From the NCBI GenBank assembly GCA_964016885.1, contig OZ024743.1:271312001-271376000 (forward strand): a DNA stretch of 64,000 nt. The letters are read 5' to 3'. This DNA is from Eledone cirrhosa (taxonomy: Eukaryota). The position numbers were made by a program, and so were the translations under genes. The notes under the pieces were generated by a model. That model was not told the origin of the DNA and did no database searches. It was given only the letters and a program-made list of their open reading frames with translations. Shown here piece after piece: positions 23,867-36,696 of this stretch. Numbering within the stretch: the first letter of the stretch is position 1; each line of letters starts with the position of its first letter.

Positions 23867-26800
23867 CAAATCTTGCATTTTTGCTTTTTGTTAATCGCTT
23901 GTTAAACAATCATAACCTTCCAGCTAGCTACCCAATTCCTCAATTCCTTAATTCTATCGTATTCTCAAAACAAAACAATCCTTCCCATTCTGCTTCTTAT
24001 AAATTCCTTTAAATATATATATTATGCTACTTCGAAAGTCAAAAATCCCGCTTCTACACCCAGGCACCCAGGCACCCTCCATCTACTTCACGAGGGACTG
24101 CGGTCAGCCACTCACTCTCTCTCTCACCCTCCCCCTCTCTCTCTCTCTCTCTCTCTTAGCTACATATATATATATATATATATAACATAAACTCCCCTTC
24201 ATGTTTAATCACTTTTCGCCAATTCATTGGTGTTTCAATTCAGTGCTGTTTCCTACTACGGTGTACCTCATGTAATCGTAATGTACACATTTTTCTATCT
24301 ACTCCACGCTTCAATTTCGTACCTAGTCCAAACATCCAATCTTGCAAAATCCGAAATCTGTATTTTCTTTTGTTATTTATGTTAAATACGGTAGTTTTTG
24401 TCGTATTGAACAGAACAAATCTTGCATTTTTGCTTTTTGTTAATCGCTTGTTAAACAATCATAACCTTCCAGCTAGCTACCCCACACCCCTCCCACCCGC
24501 CCCCACACACCACCATTCTTAATACGTGGACCAATCATAAGCCAGAGCCCCCCCCCCCCCACGCATCACCATTATTATTATTATTACGCGGACCAATCAT
24601 AAGCCAGAGGCCTATACTATCGCTTGCCCGGTTGCCTTCGATATATGATGGATGGATGGATGGACTGCGGAATCCTGGAGAGTGGAAGGGAGAGAAAAAT
24701 CTGGACGCTCAGCGAAAATGCCAAAGTTAAAGTCAAATTCACCTCGTGGACGAGAATGCGAGCACTCCTCTTTGTTTCGTCCGCGGATGGCTAACATAAC
24801 CCCATCTCTCCCCCGCCCCCCACCGCCCCCACCCTCCAAACGCAATCCAAAACTTCAGAGTTGGTACTATAAATGTAGGCACCCTAAAGGGTCGCGCTAA
24901 CGAGGTTGTAGAAATGCTTGAACGTAAGGAGGTCGATGTATGTTGTATTCAAGAGACCAGGTGGAGGGGTGGGTCTGCTAGATTCATTGAGGGTAAAAAA
25001 CGATGTTATAAGTTTTTCTGGGTGGGAAACGACGATGGGCTGGGTGGAGTAGGAATCATGGTAGCAGAAAAGTGGGCAGATAAGATAATAGACGTAAATA
25101 GAGTGAACGTCAGAATAATTAAAATACGACTTGTCCTCAATAGAACTACGGTGACAGTAATATCTGCGTACGCACCCCAATCCGGACTGCCCGGCACTAT
25201 AAAAGACAGATTCTATGAGACACTGATGCTAACTACCTCCCAAATATCCGACAGTGACTATATAATTATTGCAGGCGACCTAAATGGTCACGTTGGACAA
25301 CATTGTGACGGCTACGACGAAATCCATGGAGGCTATGGGTTTGGTACTAGAAATGAGGAAGGCTCCAGAATCCTGGATTTCTGTGATGCAAATAACCTAA
25401 CTATCTGTAACACTAACTTCAAAAAACGTGACAATCACCTGATCACCTATAGATCCGGGGAACACACAAGTCAGGTAGATTATATCCTTACCAGAAGACG
25501 TGACAGAGTGTCTGTCGTAAACACTAAATCCCTCCCCCATGAAGAATGCACCTCCCAACATAGACTGATAATTAGCGACCTCATAGTCAGGACGAGACGT
25601 ACTCGACAGCAGAAGAGGACTATCCTCAGGAGAAAAATATGGAAGCTAAAGGACCCCACAGCCAGAAATAAATTTCAAAGCATATTACTTGATGCTTTCG
25701 ACAGTAAGGAAGAACATTTACAGTCGGACAATATAGAGGGACAGTGGGAATTTCTGAAAGCAAACCTGCTGATGGCGGCAGACGAAGTCTGTGGCTGGAG
25801 CAGGCCTGTAGGCAGGAGGAGAGTAACATGGTGGTGGAACAGTAAAGTGGAGGGGTCAATTAAGGCCAAAAAGCAGGCTTGGAAAGTATGGCGGGATGGG
25901 GGAAGTAGAGAAGACTATCAAGTGGCCAGGAGGGAAGCTAGGAGACAAGTGTACTTAGCAAGAAGGGAAGCAGAGGAAAGAAAGTTCAAGCATGTTCTAC
26001 AACGCGAGGACCAAAAACGTGAGGTGTTCAGGATTGCTAGGCAATGCGTCAAGGAAAACCGTGATATTGTCGGGGAGAAGTGTGTACTAAACGATGATGG
26101 CACACTTGCCATCACCGACGCTGATAAGAAGGTAGCTTGGAAGTGTCACTATGAAAGGCTACTAAATGAGGAGAATAAATGGGAGAAAGACAGTCTCCCC
26201 CATATCGACCCAATAGAGGGACCAGCAGTGTTAGTCGAGGGGAGTATAATAAGTAAGGCAATCAAGGATATGAAGACGGGTAAGGCGGCTGGGCCTTCGG
26301 AAATAGTTGCTGAGATGCTGAAGGCATCTGGCACGGTGGGACACACCATGGTCACCCGCATAGTTAACCAAGTCGTACAGAATGGGGTTGTTCCGAAGGA
26401 CTGGCATAGCAGCATCATCGTTAACTGTTATAAGGGTAAAGGAGACGCCCTAGATAGGAGTAAATATAGAGGCATTAAATTAATCGACCAGGTCATGAAG
26501 GTCACGGAAAAAGTAATAGCGCAACTAATCAGAGAGAGAATTGACCTAGATGAAATGCAGTTCGGGTTTGTGTCAGGCAAAAGTACCACAGACGCTCTTT
26601 TCATAGTACGACAACTACAGGAGAAGTACCTAGCTAAAGGTAAACCCCTCTACTTAGCTTTTGTCGACTTGGAGAAAGCCTTCGACAGAGTCCCCCGCTC
26701 CATTATCTGGTGGGCTCTTAGAAAACTAGGCGTTGACGAATGGCTTGTGAGGGCTATACAAGCCATGTATAAAGAAACAGTCAGCAAGGTTAGAATTAAC

Positions 26801-28248
26801 AACGAATATAGTGAAGAGTTTAGCGTAAAAGTTGGCGTCCATCAGGGCTCTGTTCTCAGCCCCCTACTATTTATTATTGCCCTTCAGGCTATAACAGAGG
26901 AGTTCAAGACCGGCTGCCCATGGGAACTCCTATACGCAGATGACCTGACACTCATAGCGGAATCAATGGCCGAGCTAGAGAAGAAATTCCAAACATGGAA
27001 GCACGGCCTAGAGTCAAAAGGACTTAAAATTAACCTGGCTAAGACTAAAGTTCTAGTTTGTAGTTAAGAAAACAAGGCGGCGGTCCCTTCTGGGAAATGG
27101 TCGTGCTCGGTGTGTAGGAAAGGCGTAGGTAGAAACTCCATTTTATGTCCTAAATGCAAAGTATGGGTGCATAAAAGATGTAGTGGGATCACAGGTAAGC
27201 TAACTAAGAACATAGATTTTACATGTGGCCGGTGTTCTGGTGCAATAAGTAGCAGCAAGTGCCCACAAAATACTAGCTCTTTCAATTGCGCAGAGGGTTC
27301 TATAGAAATAGTGGACAGCTTCTGTTACCTGGGCGATAAAATCAGCAGTGGGGGAGGGTGCTCTGAAAGTACAGTAGCTAGAGTCAGAACTGGTTGGAAA
27401 AAGTTCAGAGAGCTTATACCACTATTAGCTGCTAAAGGGTTCTCCCTAAAAATGAAAGGCAGGTTGTACGATGCCTGCATACGAACAGCAATGTTGCATG
27501 GCAGTGAGACCTGGGCATTGTGTGCAGAGGATATACGCAGACTAGAGAGGAACGAAGCTTGCATGCTCCGCTGGATGTGTAACAGTAATATACGTGAACG
27601 GCAAAGCATAAACGAACTAAGGAAAAAATTAGAAATAAGAGGGATCAGATGTTGTTTACTCGAGAGAAGGCTACGTTGGTATGGACACGTGATGCGCATG
27701 AAAGTCGATAGCTGTATAACAAAGTGCAGGGCAATAAAGATAGACGGTAGCCACGGAATAGGCAGACCTAGAAAAACCTGGGACGAGCTGATAAACTCCG
27801 ACCTCACACACTTACACCTCTCCAAGACAATGTCACTGGACCGAGACCTTTGGCGGTACTCAGTAACAGAGAAGACCCGCCTTGCCAGTAGGCATCTCTA
27901 ACAAAATACACCCCGTCCCGCCACCCCCACCCCATCCACACCACCTCGTTCTATGTAAAGTTATGTTGGTGCCGCGCCATCCAGGCCGAAACAAATGAGA
28001 TCGTGTAGGTGTCACGACAAAAAAACACACAGTCCACGCTGTAATGTGGCCGTGTAGGCAACACGGTAAAAACCTCCCAGACCCACACTGTAAATGTGGT
28101 TGGTGTTAGGAAGGGCATCCAACTGTAGAAAACCTGCCAGACAGTCCTATGCGAGCAAGACAATCACTCTTGCCTCAAGTGGGACTACCCCCGTCCAAAC
28201 CCATGCAAGCGTGGAACACGGACGTTAAACGTTGATGATGATGATGAT
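23867..28248 (+). mobile_element. Full-length RTE-clade LINE, copy A (APE-RT with PHD-like finger)
   Basis: APE motifs (CIQETRW, SAYAPQ, AGDLNGH, SQVDYIL) and RT motifs (DLEKAFD, HQGSVLSP, YADD). About 1 kb 5' region, (GAT)n tail. Inserted into an older repeat with no clear TSD. Confidence 0.95.
24800..27901 (+). pseudogene. RTE ORF2 of copy A, interrupted by one premature stop at 27065-27067
   Basis: ORFs 24914-27067 and 27110-27901 are in the same frame; TGTAGTTAA here versus TGTAGGAAA in sister copies. The frame is open from 24800 without an ATG until 24914. Confidence 0.9.
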
Positions 28249-31071
28249 TGACCCAAATATTTATTAAAACATTCTGGTACTTATTTGTTGAACCTCTAGG
28301 ATACAGAACATAAACCCACATAGTTTCACACACACACACACACATGTTTGTATATATATCATCATCCTCATCATTTAATGTCAGTTTTTCCTGCTATCAA
28401 GAATTGGATGGGTCATCAAAGACCAGTCAGTACTTAAGCAGAGCTATTGTCTTCTCGAATAGGCTGGATGCCGGCATCTCACTTACATATGATCCTATGC
28501 TCTACTGAGTGCATTTTATTGTGGCACCAGCACTAGGAAGATTGTCATGTCATTGACATGGCTGAATATATAGACTCCAATCTTCCCTGTAAAGGTGGTA
28601 GTGCTGGGGCCAGATGAAATGCACCCAGTACACACTGTAAAGTGGTTGGCATTAGGAAGGTCATCCAGCTGTAGAAACCATGCTCCCAGCACAGATTGAA
28701 AAGTGTTTGGCATTAGGAAGGTAATCCAGCCATAGAAACCATACTCCTAGTACCCTGTAAAGTGGTTGGCATTAGAAAGGTCTTCCAGTCATGAAAACCA
28801 TACTCTCAGTTATCACTGTGAAGTGGTTGGCATTAAGAAGGTTATCCAGCCATAGAAACCAAGATAAAGACAAGCAAGATGTAGTCACCTGTCTGGTCAT
28901 GCCTCAGTACATGGCCGCCCTTACAACCATGGGAAATAGACACTTGATGATGATGGTGATATTTCACTTCATAAGCGGTTAAGGATGATAGAGAAGGAAA
29001 TGAAAATCAGTGGGGAGAGATGTAGAGGATAAAGCAAAATTGAGAAGCTTGTAATAGCCACCACCCTCTCCTGTTCTGCAAGGTTAGCCCCTTGCTTTAG
29101 CAAGACAGATGATCTTAAAATGTTTGTTGTTCTTGTATATATCTGTAGTCTGAAATTTTGTAAAATATTTCAGATGTATTCCCACATCCCATTCACTATT
29201 TCTGTAACTTTATGTTTAGCCAATGAAGGAACTTGAGCCATGGGGCAAGTGGTAGTGTCTATGACCTGTGATAATTAACCCTTCAGCATTTACATTACTC
29301 TATATTTACTATTATATTTTCACTGTAAATGCTTTACTTCATATAATTATCTCATATTATCTATGAGATTTTGATATTTATTTTGAGAACAACACCTTAA
29401 CATCAGTATGAGTGGCCAGTTACAGCTGGTTTGAACAGAAAGAGGTAAAAAAATTCTGGCCAGATATGGCCGGTTTAAATGCTAAAGGGTTAACAGCTAA
29501 ATCTCCTCCAAATCTCACCCTCCTGTCTCTATCTTAATGTCTATATGTCTGTCTGTGTAGTTCTTACATTTTATCTGTTTGGTTAACTTGAACTTTTTAA
29601 TATTATTTATCTGAAGATACTATTGGCTATGATTTTAAAAATAATAAAAAGAATATTTTTAACCCTTTAGCATTTAAACCGGCCATATCCGGCCAGAATT
29701 TTCTCACCTCTTTTTGTGAAATAACTATGTGAGGTAAAGCCTTTACCGTGAAAATTTGATAGTAATATAGAGTAATGTAAATGCTAAAGGGTTAAAATGA
29801 GAAACTGAATGACTGTTGGATGGCCTGTATCTGAAATTCAATGAGCCAACCTCATCATCCATGCACTCAAACGCATGCATGTACACACACATATACACAC
29901 CCACTCTGATTCTGCTTGTGGATCATGTTAAACTACAAGTGCCTGTGGAATACTCAGCCACTTGTACTACTCGTAATAACAAGAAGTAAAAAAATTGAAA
30001 GCTTGTTGAACTCTATTTGAAATTCTATGAGCCAACCTTATCATACACATACACACCTACACCTCTTGATTCTGCCTGTAGATCATACATTAAGGCTACA
30101 CATGTGTGTGTGTGGAATACTCAACCGCTTACTCTACAATGCAATCAATAGGCTGTTCAGAGAGACCCATTATAACTAACCTGCTTCACTGTGTCATATT
30201 TCATCAGTAAGTACATTTTACTATGAATTAAATGTTTCTGATGCTGCTGCTGCTGCTGCTGCTACTACTACTACTACTGCTGCTGCTATTGCTACTGTTG
30301 CTGTTGTTGCTTTCGATGCATCGTAACTACTTGTGTGTTCATGAGTGTGCACTCTATGTATGTGTATTACAGTGATTGGATAGGTACATTTTTGTGTGTG
30401 AAAGTGCTGAACTGATTTGTGTGTGTGTTAAATGTGTTGTATTTATTTAGCCTATATAATTATTTTGACTTCTGTATATGTTTATTGATGTGTAAGTATG
30501 TATGTGTATGTGTGTATGCATAAAACAAAACCGAACTTATAACATGTATAAAGGTATGTGTCAAATAAATATATTGATATGTGGGTGAATATAAAACCAA
30601 TAGGTAACATGTGTATGTATGCATGTATGTGTACATGTAAAATCAACACGTGTATTGTGTGTGGGTGTGGGTGACAAATGTGCTGTATGGATCTAGTCAG
30701 CTGTATATATATAGCTATATGCATGTATGTGGAATATGAAATATACAGCTCATATCTATTTAGGTTTAACTGGTCTCCTATGAGGAGGAGGTTTATTGCT
30801 TGTCTTAATAATAGGGTTCCCAGACCTATCATGAATATGTGTAAAATGACAGGAGGCCAAATATGTTGAATTTCTTTAATATCAAAATATCTTAGATTCG
30901 ATATTATATGAAATAATTTTGTGAAATAAAGTGTTTACCCTGAAAATACAATAGTAAATATAGAGTAATGTAAATGCTAAAGGCTTAATCACTAGGAATG
31001 TGCCATGGATGTATCATCATCATCATTACCATATGTCTGTTTATATGTATATGAAACAAATGTTTGTATAT

Positions 31072-32780
31072 ATAATAATAATAATGAAATATTGTGTACA
31101 GTGCTCAGGTGCACTACAACTCATCAAAAAGTGTATGTATAGTACATAGGGTAATGTACAAACGTCAGGAAAATGAACAATGCATGAGTCATGATATACA
31201 CATGTGTGCATGTGTATGGAAGGGGTACATCAGGTGTAGTTTTAGCGTATTTCGGGAAGCATGAGGGTTTTAAAAGATGCAGTGTCTCGGCAGCTAACAA
31301 CTGACGCAGGCAGTTTGTTCCATGCTTCAGCAACTCTGAGCGTGGAAAAATGTCTATGAAAGTCATGGGAGCTGTGCTGTTTTCTGATTTTGTAGGCATG
31401 TCCACGTGTGTTAGACACATGGAGATCAAAAAGGTGCTCAGGGTTGTTGTTGGCGAGATGGTTAACTTTGTGGGTGTTTACCAAGTCCATTGCCAGAGGT
31501 CAGAGCTTCAATGAATCCATGCCCAGGGAAGCAAGGCGTTCAGAGTATGGTAGGTGTCTGATGGAGGGTATGCGCTTGGTTGCATGTCTCTGAATAGTTT
31601 CCAGGAGGTCAATGTTTTGAGCAAGATAGGGGTTCCAGACTGATGATGCGAATTCCAAGTGTGGTTGTACCATAGCTGTATACAGCTTTAAATAGATGGC
31701 TGGAGAGCGGCTAACAAAGGTCTTGATGAGTGATGCCAAGACACCCTCGGCCTTCTTGACAATCTTTGTCCAACACAAATCGTTGCTGATAGTAATGCCC
31801 AGGTCACGTTCACAAGAGGACTTCTTGATATCAGTGTTGTGGAGGGAGTATGTGGACGCTGGATTTTTCCTCCCAAAATGCATGGTGGTACACTTGTCCA
31901 CAGCCAGCTTCAGTTGCCAGTCTGTGATCCATTGCTGCATTGTGTCCAGGTCTGATTGTAGGAAAGAGTTGTAGATTTCAGGATCAGTCCTTTTGACTTC
32001 AAGGTACAGCTTGATGTCATCTGCATATTTCAGTACCGTGGCATTCTTTAAGTTGGCATCTATGTCATTAATATATGCCACAAACAAAAGGGGACCAAGA
32101 ACAGATCCCTGTGGTACACCAGATGACATATGGTGAATAATGCTGTCCTAGAACCGTGACTACCTATTTCGGCTGAGAATAAAGGATTTCAACCAGTTAA
32201 AAAGATCATCCCTCACACCCATTGCAGAGAGTTTTGCCATAAGTCTTTTGTGTGGCACAGAATTAAAAGTCAAGGTAAACAACATCCACCCATGAGCCGC
32301 TGTTAGTGATCCGGGTAATGTCTTCAAGGAACTCGATAAGCTGGTCACAGCAGCTGGAGTTAGGGATAAATCCAAACTGCGAGGGCCAGATGAGGCTGTG
32401 AGAGCTCTAGAAGTTCCAAAGTATTTCTCTGACACAGGATTCCATCAGTTTGGCATACAGCTAGTAAGACTGACTGGACGATAGTTGACAGGTGACATGC
32501 GGTTGCCCTTTTTGAACAGGGGAATGACACTGGCAGTTTTCCACTGCTCCGGAGTAGCACCATTGTTGAGACAGTATTGAAAGAAGAAAGAAAGCTGGTG
32601 CAAAAGGAAGTACCTGCCACGTTTGAGAAGCAGGTATGTAACACCATCAAGACCAGGGGAGGCATAGTTGCGCTTATTCTTAAGGTGACGTCGCAACATT
32701 GCAGGTGTAAATTCCATAGTTGTTATGGAATTTGATGTTAGAGATGTTGGAGATGGTACATTCTGGTTTTCAACAGTAAA
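31072..32780 (-). mobile_element. 5'-truncated, frameshifted CR1-group LINE
   Basis: NYRPVSLTS, GVPQGSVLGPLLF, KYADDIKLY, RDLG, PHLEFASSVWNP and WNKLP motifs across several frames; (ATT)n tail. Confidence 0.88.
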
Positions 32781-33152
32781 CATATATATATATAGAATTC
32801 TATATGTGTATATCATGGCACATATGCTATGTGTGAATGCATGGCAAACAAGTGGTGTATTAAGACTGTTTAATTGATATGTGTATGTGTTTATATATAC
32901 AGGTGTGTGTCTGAGTGTGTGTGTGGCCAACAAGTGCGAAATTAAGTCTTGTGTAATTGTGTAAGAGATGCTCGCCTGACTGCCTGCCTGCTGTATGTCT
33001 GCCTGTCTGTCAAACAATTACTGTATTAATCTTTTCTAATTGAATAATATATCAATATCTGTTTGTGTGTGTGTGTCCATACATTTGTATATGTGTGTAT
33101 GTGTTTGTGTAATTTACTAACAATTGGTGTATTAAGTCCTGCTAATTGTATA

Positions 33153-33190
<38 letters not shown>

Positions 33191-34125
33191 GGTGTGTGAG
33201 AAAGAGAGGGATAGAGAGAGAGCAAGAAGGATCAACAAGTTCTCTATTTATCTTCTCTAATTTAATGTTATTAACAGATTGATTTTTCTCTGTAGCCTTA
33301 TTTCTTGTTATATTCACTTTCTTGGCCTCGTTTTATTTTTGCTCCAATCCACTGCTATGTATACTATTTTGATTATCTCCCCTTGATGTTATGTGTGTCC
33401 CAGTTTTTAGTATAGGTACACCAGATCCCTTTATTTCATAGGATGCAACTGAGAGGGTTGGTTTTAGAAAGCATCCAGCTGTAAAACATTGTCTTGAAAC
33501 ATCCCACCAAACCTATGCTGGTATGGTAAAGTGGATGTAAAGATAATTATGATATCTCTTTGACTGTAACTTTTATCATATACATCAGCAATTTCATTTT
33601 ACAAAATGCTCGCAGCCGACACTGTAAGGTGGTAGTGCTGATTCTATAACGAAAAGCAACCAGTCCACTCTGTGAAGTGGTAGTGTTGGTACTACGATGA
33701 AAAGCACCCAGTCCACCCCTTAAGGTGGTAATATTGGAGTCTTGCCAAAATGATCCCAGTACATGCTGTAAAGTGGTTGGAAGGGCATTCAGCTATAGAA
33801 ACCAAGACAAAAACAGAACATATGAGTGAAACATTGTCACCTGACCAGTCTATCCTCACAACATAACAACCCATCAAACCCATGAAAGCATGGAAAATAC
33901 ATTAAGCGATGATGATAATGATACATGCATATATACATATTTTTTTTTATTCTATTACCGGTTTCTGTCATGATTGTTGTCATGCTGAGGCACCACTTTA
34001 AAGAGATTTAGTCGATTATATCGACCCCAATTACATGATGAGATCTCTCAGACTGTGACAACCCATCGAACCCCTGCCAGTATTGAAGGTAGACGTAGAA
34101 TGATATCTATCTATCTGTCTGTCAA

Positions 34126-34216
34126 CAGGCTGTCCCAAAAGAAGTATATACACTTCAACAGCATTTTAATAAATATTGCCTAAATCAGTGTGTATACATT
34201 TTTTGGGGACATCCTA
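34126..34216. mobile_element. Small Tc1/mariner-type MITE remnant
   Basis: Imperfect inverted ends CAGGCTGTCCCAAAAGAAGTATATACACT / AGTGTGTATACATTTTTTGGGGACATCCTA. Confidence 0.55.
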
Positions 34217-34779
34217 TATGTGTGTGTGTGTATTTATACCATGTAACTTAGTTGTTCAACAACAAAAGGTGTGTGTGTGTGTGGGGGGGGGGGTGTGATA
34301 AAATAAGTGGAATTCTACTGTGCAAAGTGGTAATTCCTGTAACAGGGGACACATACGATTTGGTAGGTACTTTGTTATGTAGGTACTTGGTAGGTACTTT
34401 TCTTACCAAACTAGCCAAAACCAGCTTTGGTTCTATGGAATAAAACAATCTATTTTAGCCCTTTAGCATTTAAACCGGCCGTATCTGGCTAGAATTTCCT
34501 CACCTCTTTCTGTTCAAACTGGCAATAACTGGCCACTCATACTGATGTTAAAGTATTGTTCTCAAAATAAATAATATCCAAATCTCAGATTCGATATTAT
34601 GTGAGGTAAAGCCTTTACCATGAAAATATAATAGTAAATATAGTGCAAAGTAAATGCTAAAGGGTTAGTGAATGGTGTGCATCCTTGTGGCTTTAATTCC
34701 TGGAGAGGGCAATGTGTTGTGTCCTTTAGCAAGTTGCTCCATTTCACATTGCTTTTCATGATAGGATTGGGACCCCTAT

Positions 34780-35168
34780 CATTTCTCTCCGGACAACAAC
34801 TCATTCCCTTCTTTAGGTACCACTTTAGAAGGAGAATCAGAGTGGAAAGAGAGGCACTGCACCCCAGTAAATTTACTGAAAGGTGGGTGAATGTGGAAAA
34901 AATGGCCCGAGTGATTGGGCCTTCTCTGTATATAAACCTATAGGTTAAAGAAGAGAGCAAAAGGAGCACTTGCACAACACACTCCTGACGTTGAGGGCTG
35001 GTCTATCTACGGGGTATTAAACAACCCATTTGTGGCGCCTCCCCCTATTGGGGATTTTGATTGTTATATTTGTTTGTTTCATATTTTTACACGATTGTAT
35101 GTAAAATTCCCGGCATGTGTCCTTGTTTTGTCCCCTTTTCTTGTGCGCCCTTGTGGCTAATAAAGAAA
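34780..35168 (+). mobile_element. Probable L1/Tx1-like LINE 3' terminus
   Basis: Peptide FFRYHFRRRIRVERE..F.ERW ending at 34943, then a T-rich UTR ending GCCCTTGTGGCTAATAAAGAAA. A related end lies at about 54610-54710. Clade assignment is from memory. Confidence 0.5.
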
Positions 35169-36254
35169 TATATCATTAAAACACCTACTATGAGATGCAA
35201 CCTCTTAGTAGATTGGCTAAACCTGCTTAGGTGTGAACTGTAATTTTCATTTTTCTTTAAAATAAATTTTCATTTTATAGGGTTCCTATTTAAATTAAAA
35301 TCTTTCACCATAATTTTATGTAAGAACCATATTTTGTCACTATCTTAATAATGAAATAATGAATACTTTTAGCAAATCCCTAAAAAAATTCTTCATTAAT
35401 TAAAATGCTATGTTTCTATTTAAATTAAAATAAATCTATTAATATTCTTTTTATACAAAATTATATTAAGTTAGTAATGAATAATTTTAGTAAATCCCTC
35501 AAAAAGTTTAATCATATAATTAAAATAGACTATTTCATTAGAAATGTGGTCAAGAAAATTGCACATGTAGAGTTGTGTGTCCTTGGTTCTAGTTGGCAAA
35601 TGACCTTGACCTCTGGAAAAACCATATGGTTTGGGGAAACTTTTTTTTTAAAGAGTGTTATTTGGGTTTAGGGTGTATGGATAATAGTGGAAATAGGACC
35701 CCCATCCTCTCAGGTGTGTCCCCACATTCACGTGCAGCTAATTTGAAAGACAAGAAAACAACAATGTCAAGGACAAACACGTTATCACACACATACATAC
35801 ATGCATATATCCACACATACATGCAGGTCACTTCCTCCTTGCTTCATCTAAACAAGGGTAATGGTATGAGGACAGTTGCAACAGCAGATGACCAGGGTGG
35901 GGTGGAGATGCTTCAGACATTTGGTCAAGGCTATTTTTTAAAAAATATATTTCGGTCAAGGCTATACATATACATATATTTTTTATTAGATTTTAGATGA
36001 AGTTTTGCATAAGATATGACCTACACTGAACCCATTTGACCTCGTTTGATCTCTTGTCTTACATTTATAGGTACTATAAACACCCCACCATCATCACCAT
36101 AATCATGACTACAGCTCCCACTATTATTATTATTATTATCATTACTATAGCTGCAACTACAGCCACCATTATTCTTGGTGTTACTACTACTACCACCACC
36201 ATCATTACCACAGTAGTAGTAATAGTAGTACCATCACCTCTACTACTACTACTT

Positions 36255-36297
<43 letters not shown>

Positions 36298-36495
36298 CTG
36301 AATCTTAGATGTTTTTAATGGAGAATTCAGACCGGTTCTCTGGTCTGAGGATATGTTTTCATCTTGTCCTTACAAGTCATTGAGGTACTGGAAAGATTCC
36401 AGGATACAGCCTTTGAAAATGTAGGTTTAGTTGGCTTTCTACTTTCTAGGAGGTTTACCAGGTGTTTTAATAATAGGCACTACAGTCTTGATATC

Positions 36496-36528
<33 letters not shown>

Positions 36529-36696
36529 GCACGCGCACGCACACGCACACGCACACGCACACGCACACGCACACACTATTATGTGTTGCAGCCAACAGTT
36601 CACACCTATGCAAGTTTAGTTGGCCTCATATGGGGTATTTCAGGAAGTTACTCAGATGTTTCAATGATAGGGGATCTGGTTCTATTATGAACACAC

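Noticed and set aside
24760-24800. HDV-like ribozyme in the 5' region of RTE copies A and B
   Set aside because: CCTCGTGG and GCTAA resemble L3 and J4/2, but no P1 or P2 partners were found; a simple hairpin explains the segment.
25006-27825. Antisense ORFs over the RTE copies
   Set aside because: Shadow frames repeated only because the copies are near-identical; no recognisable protein features.
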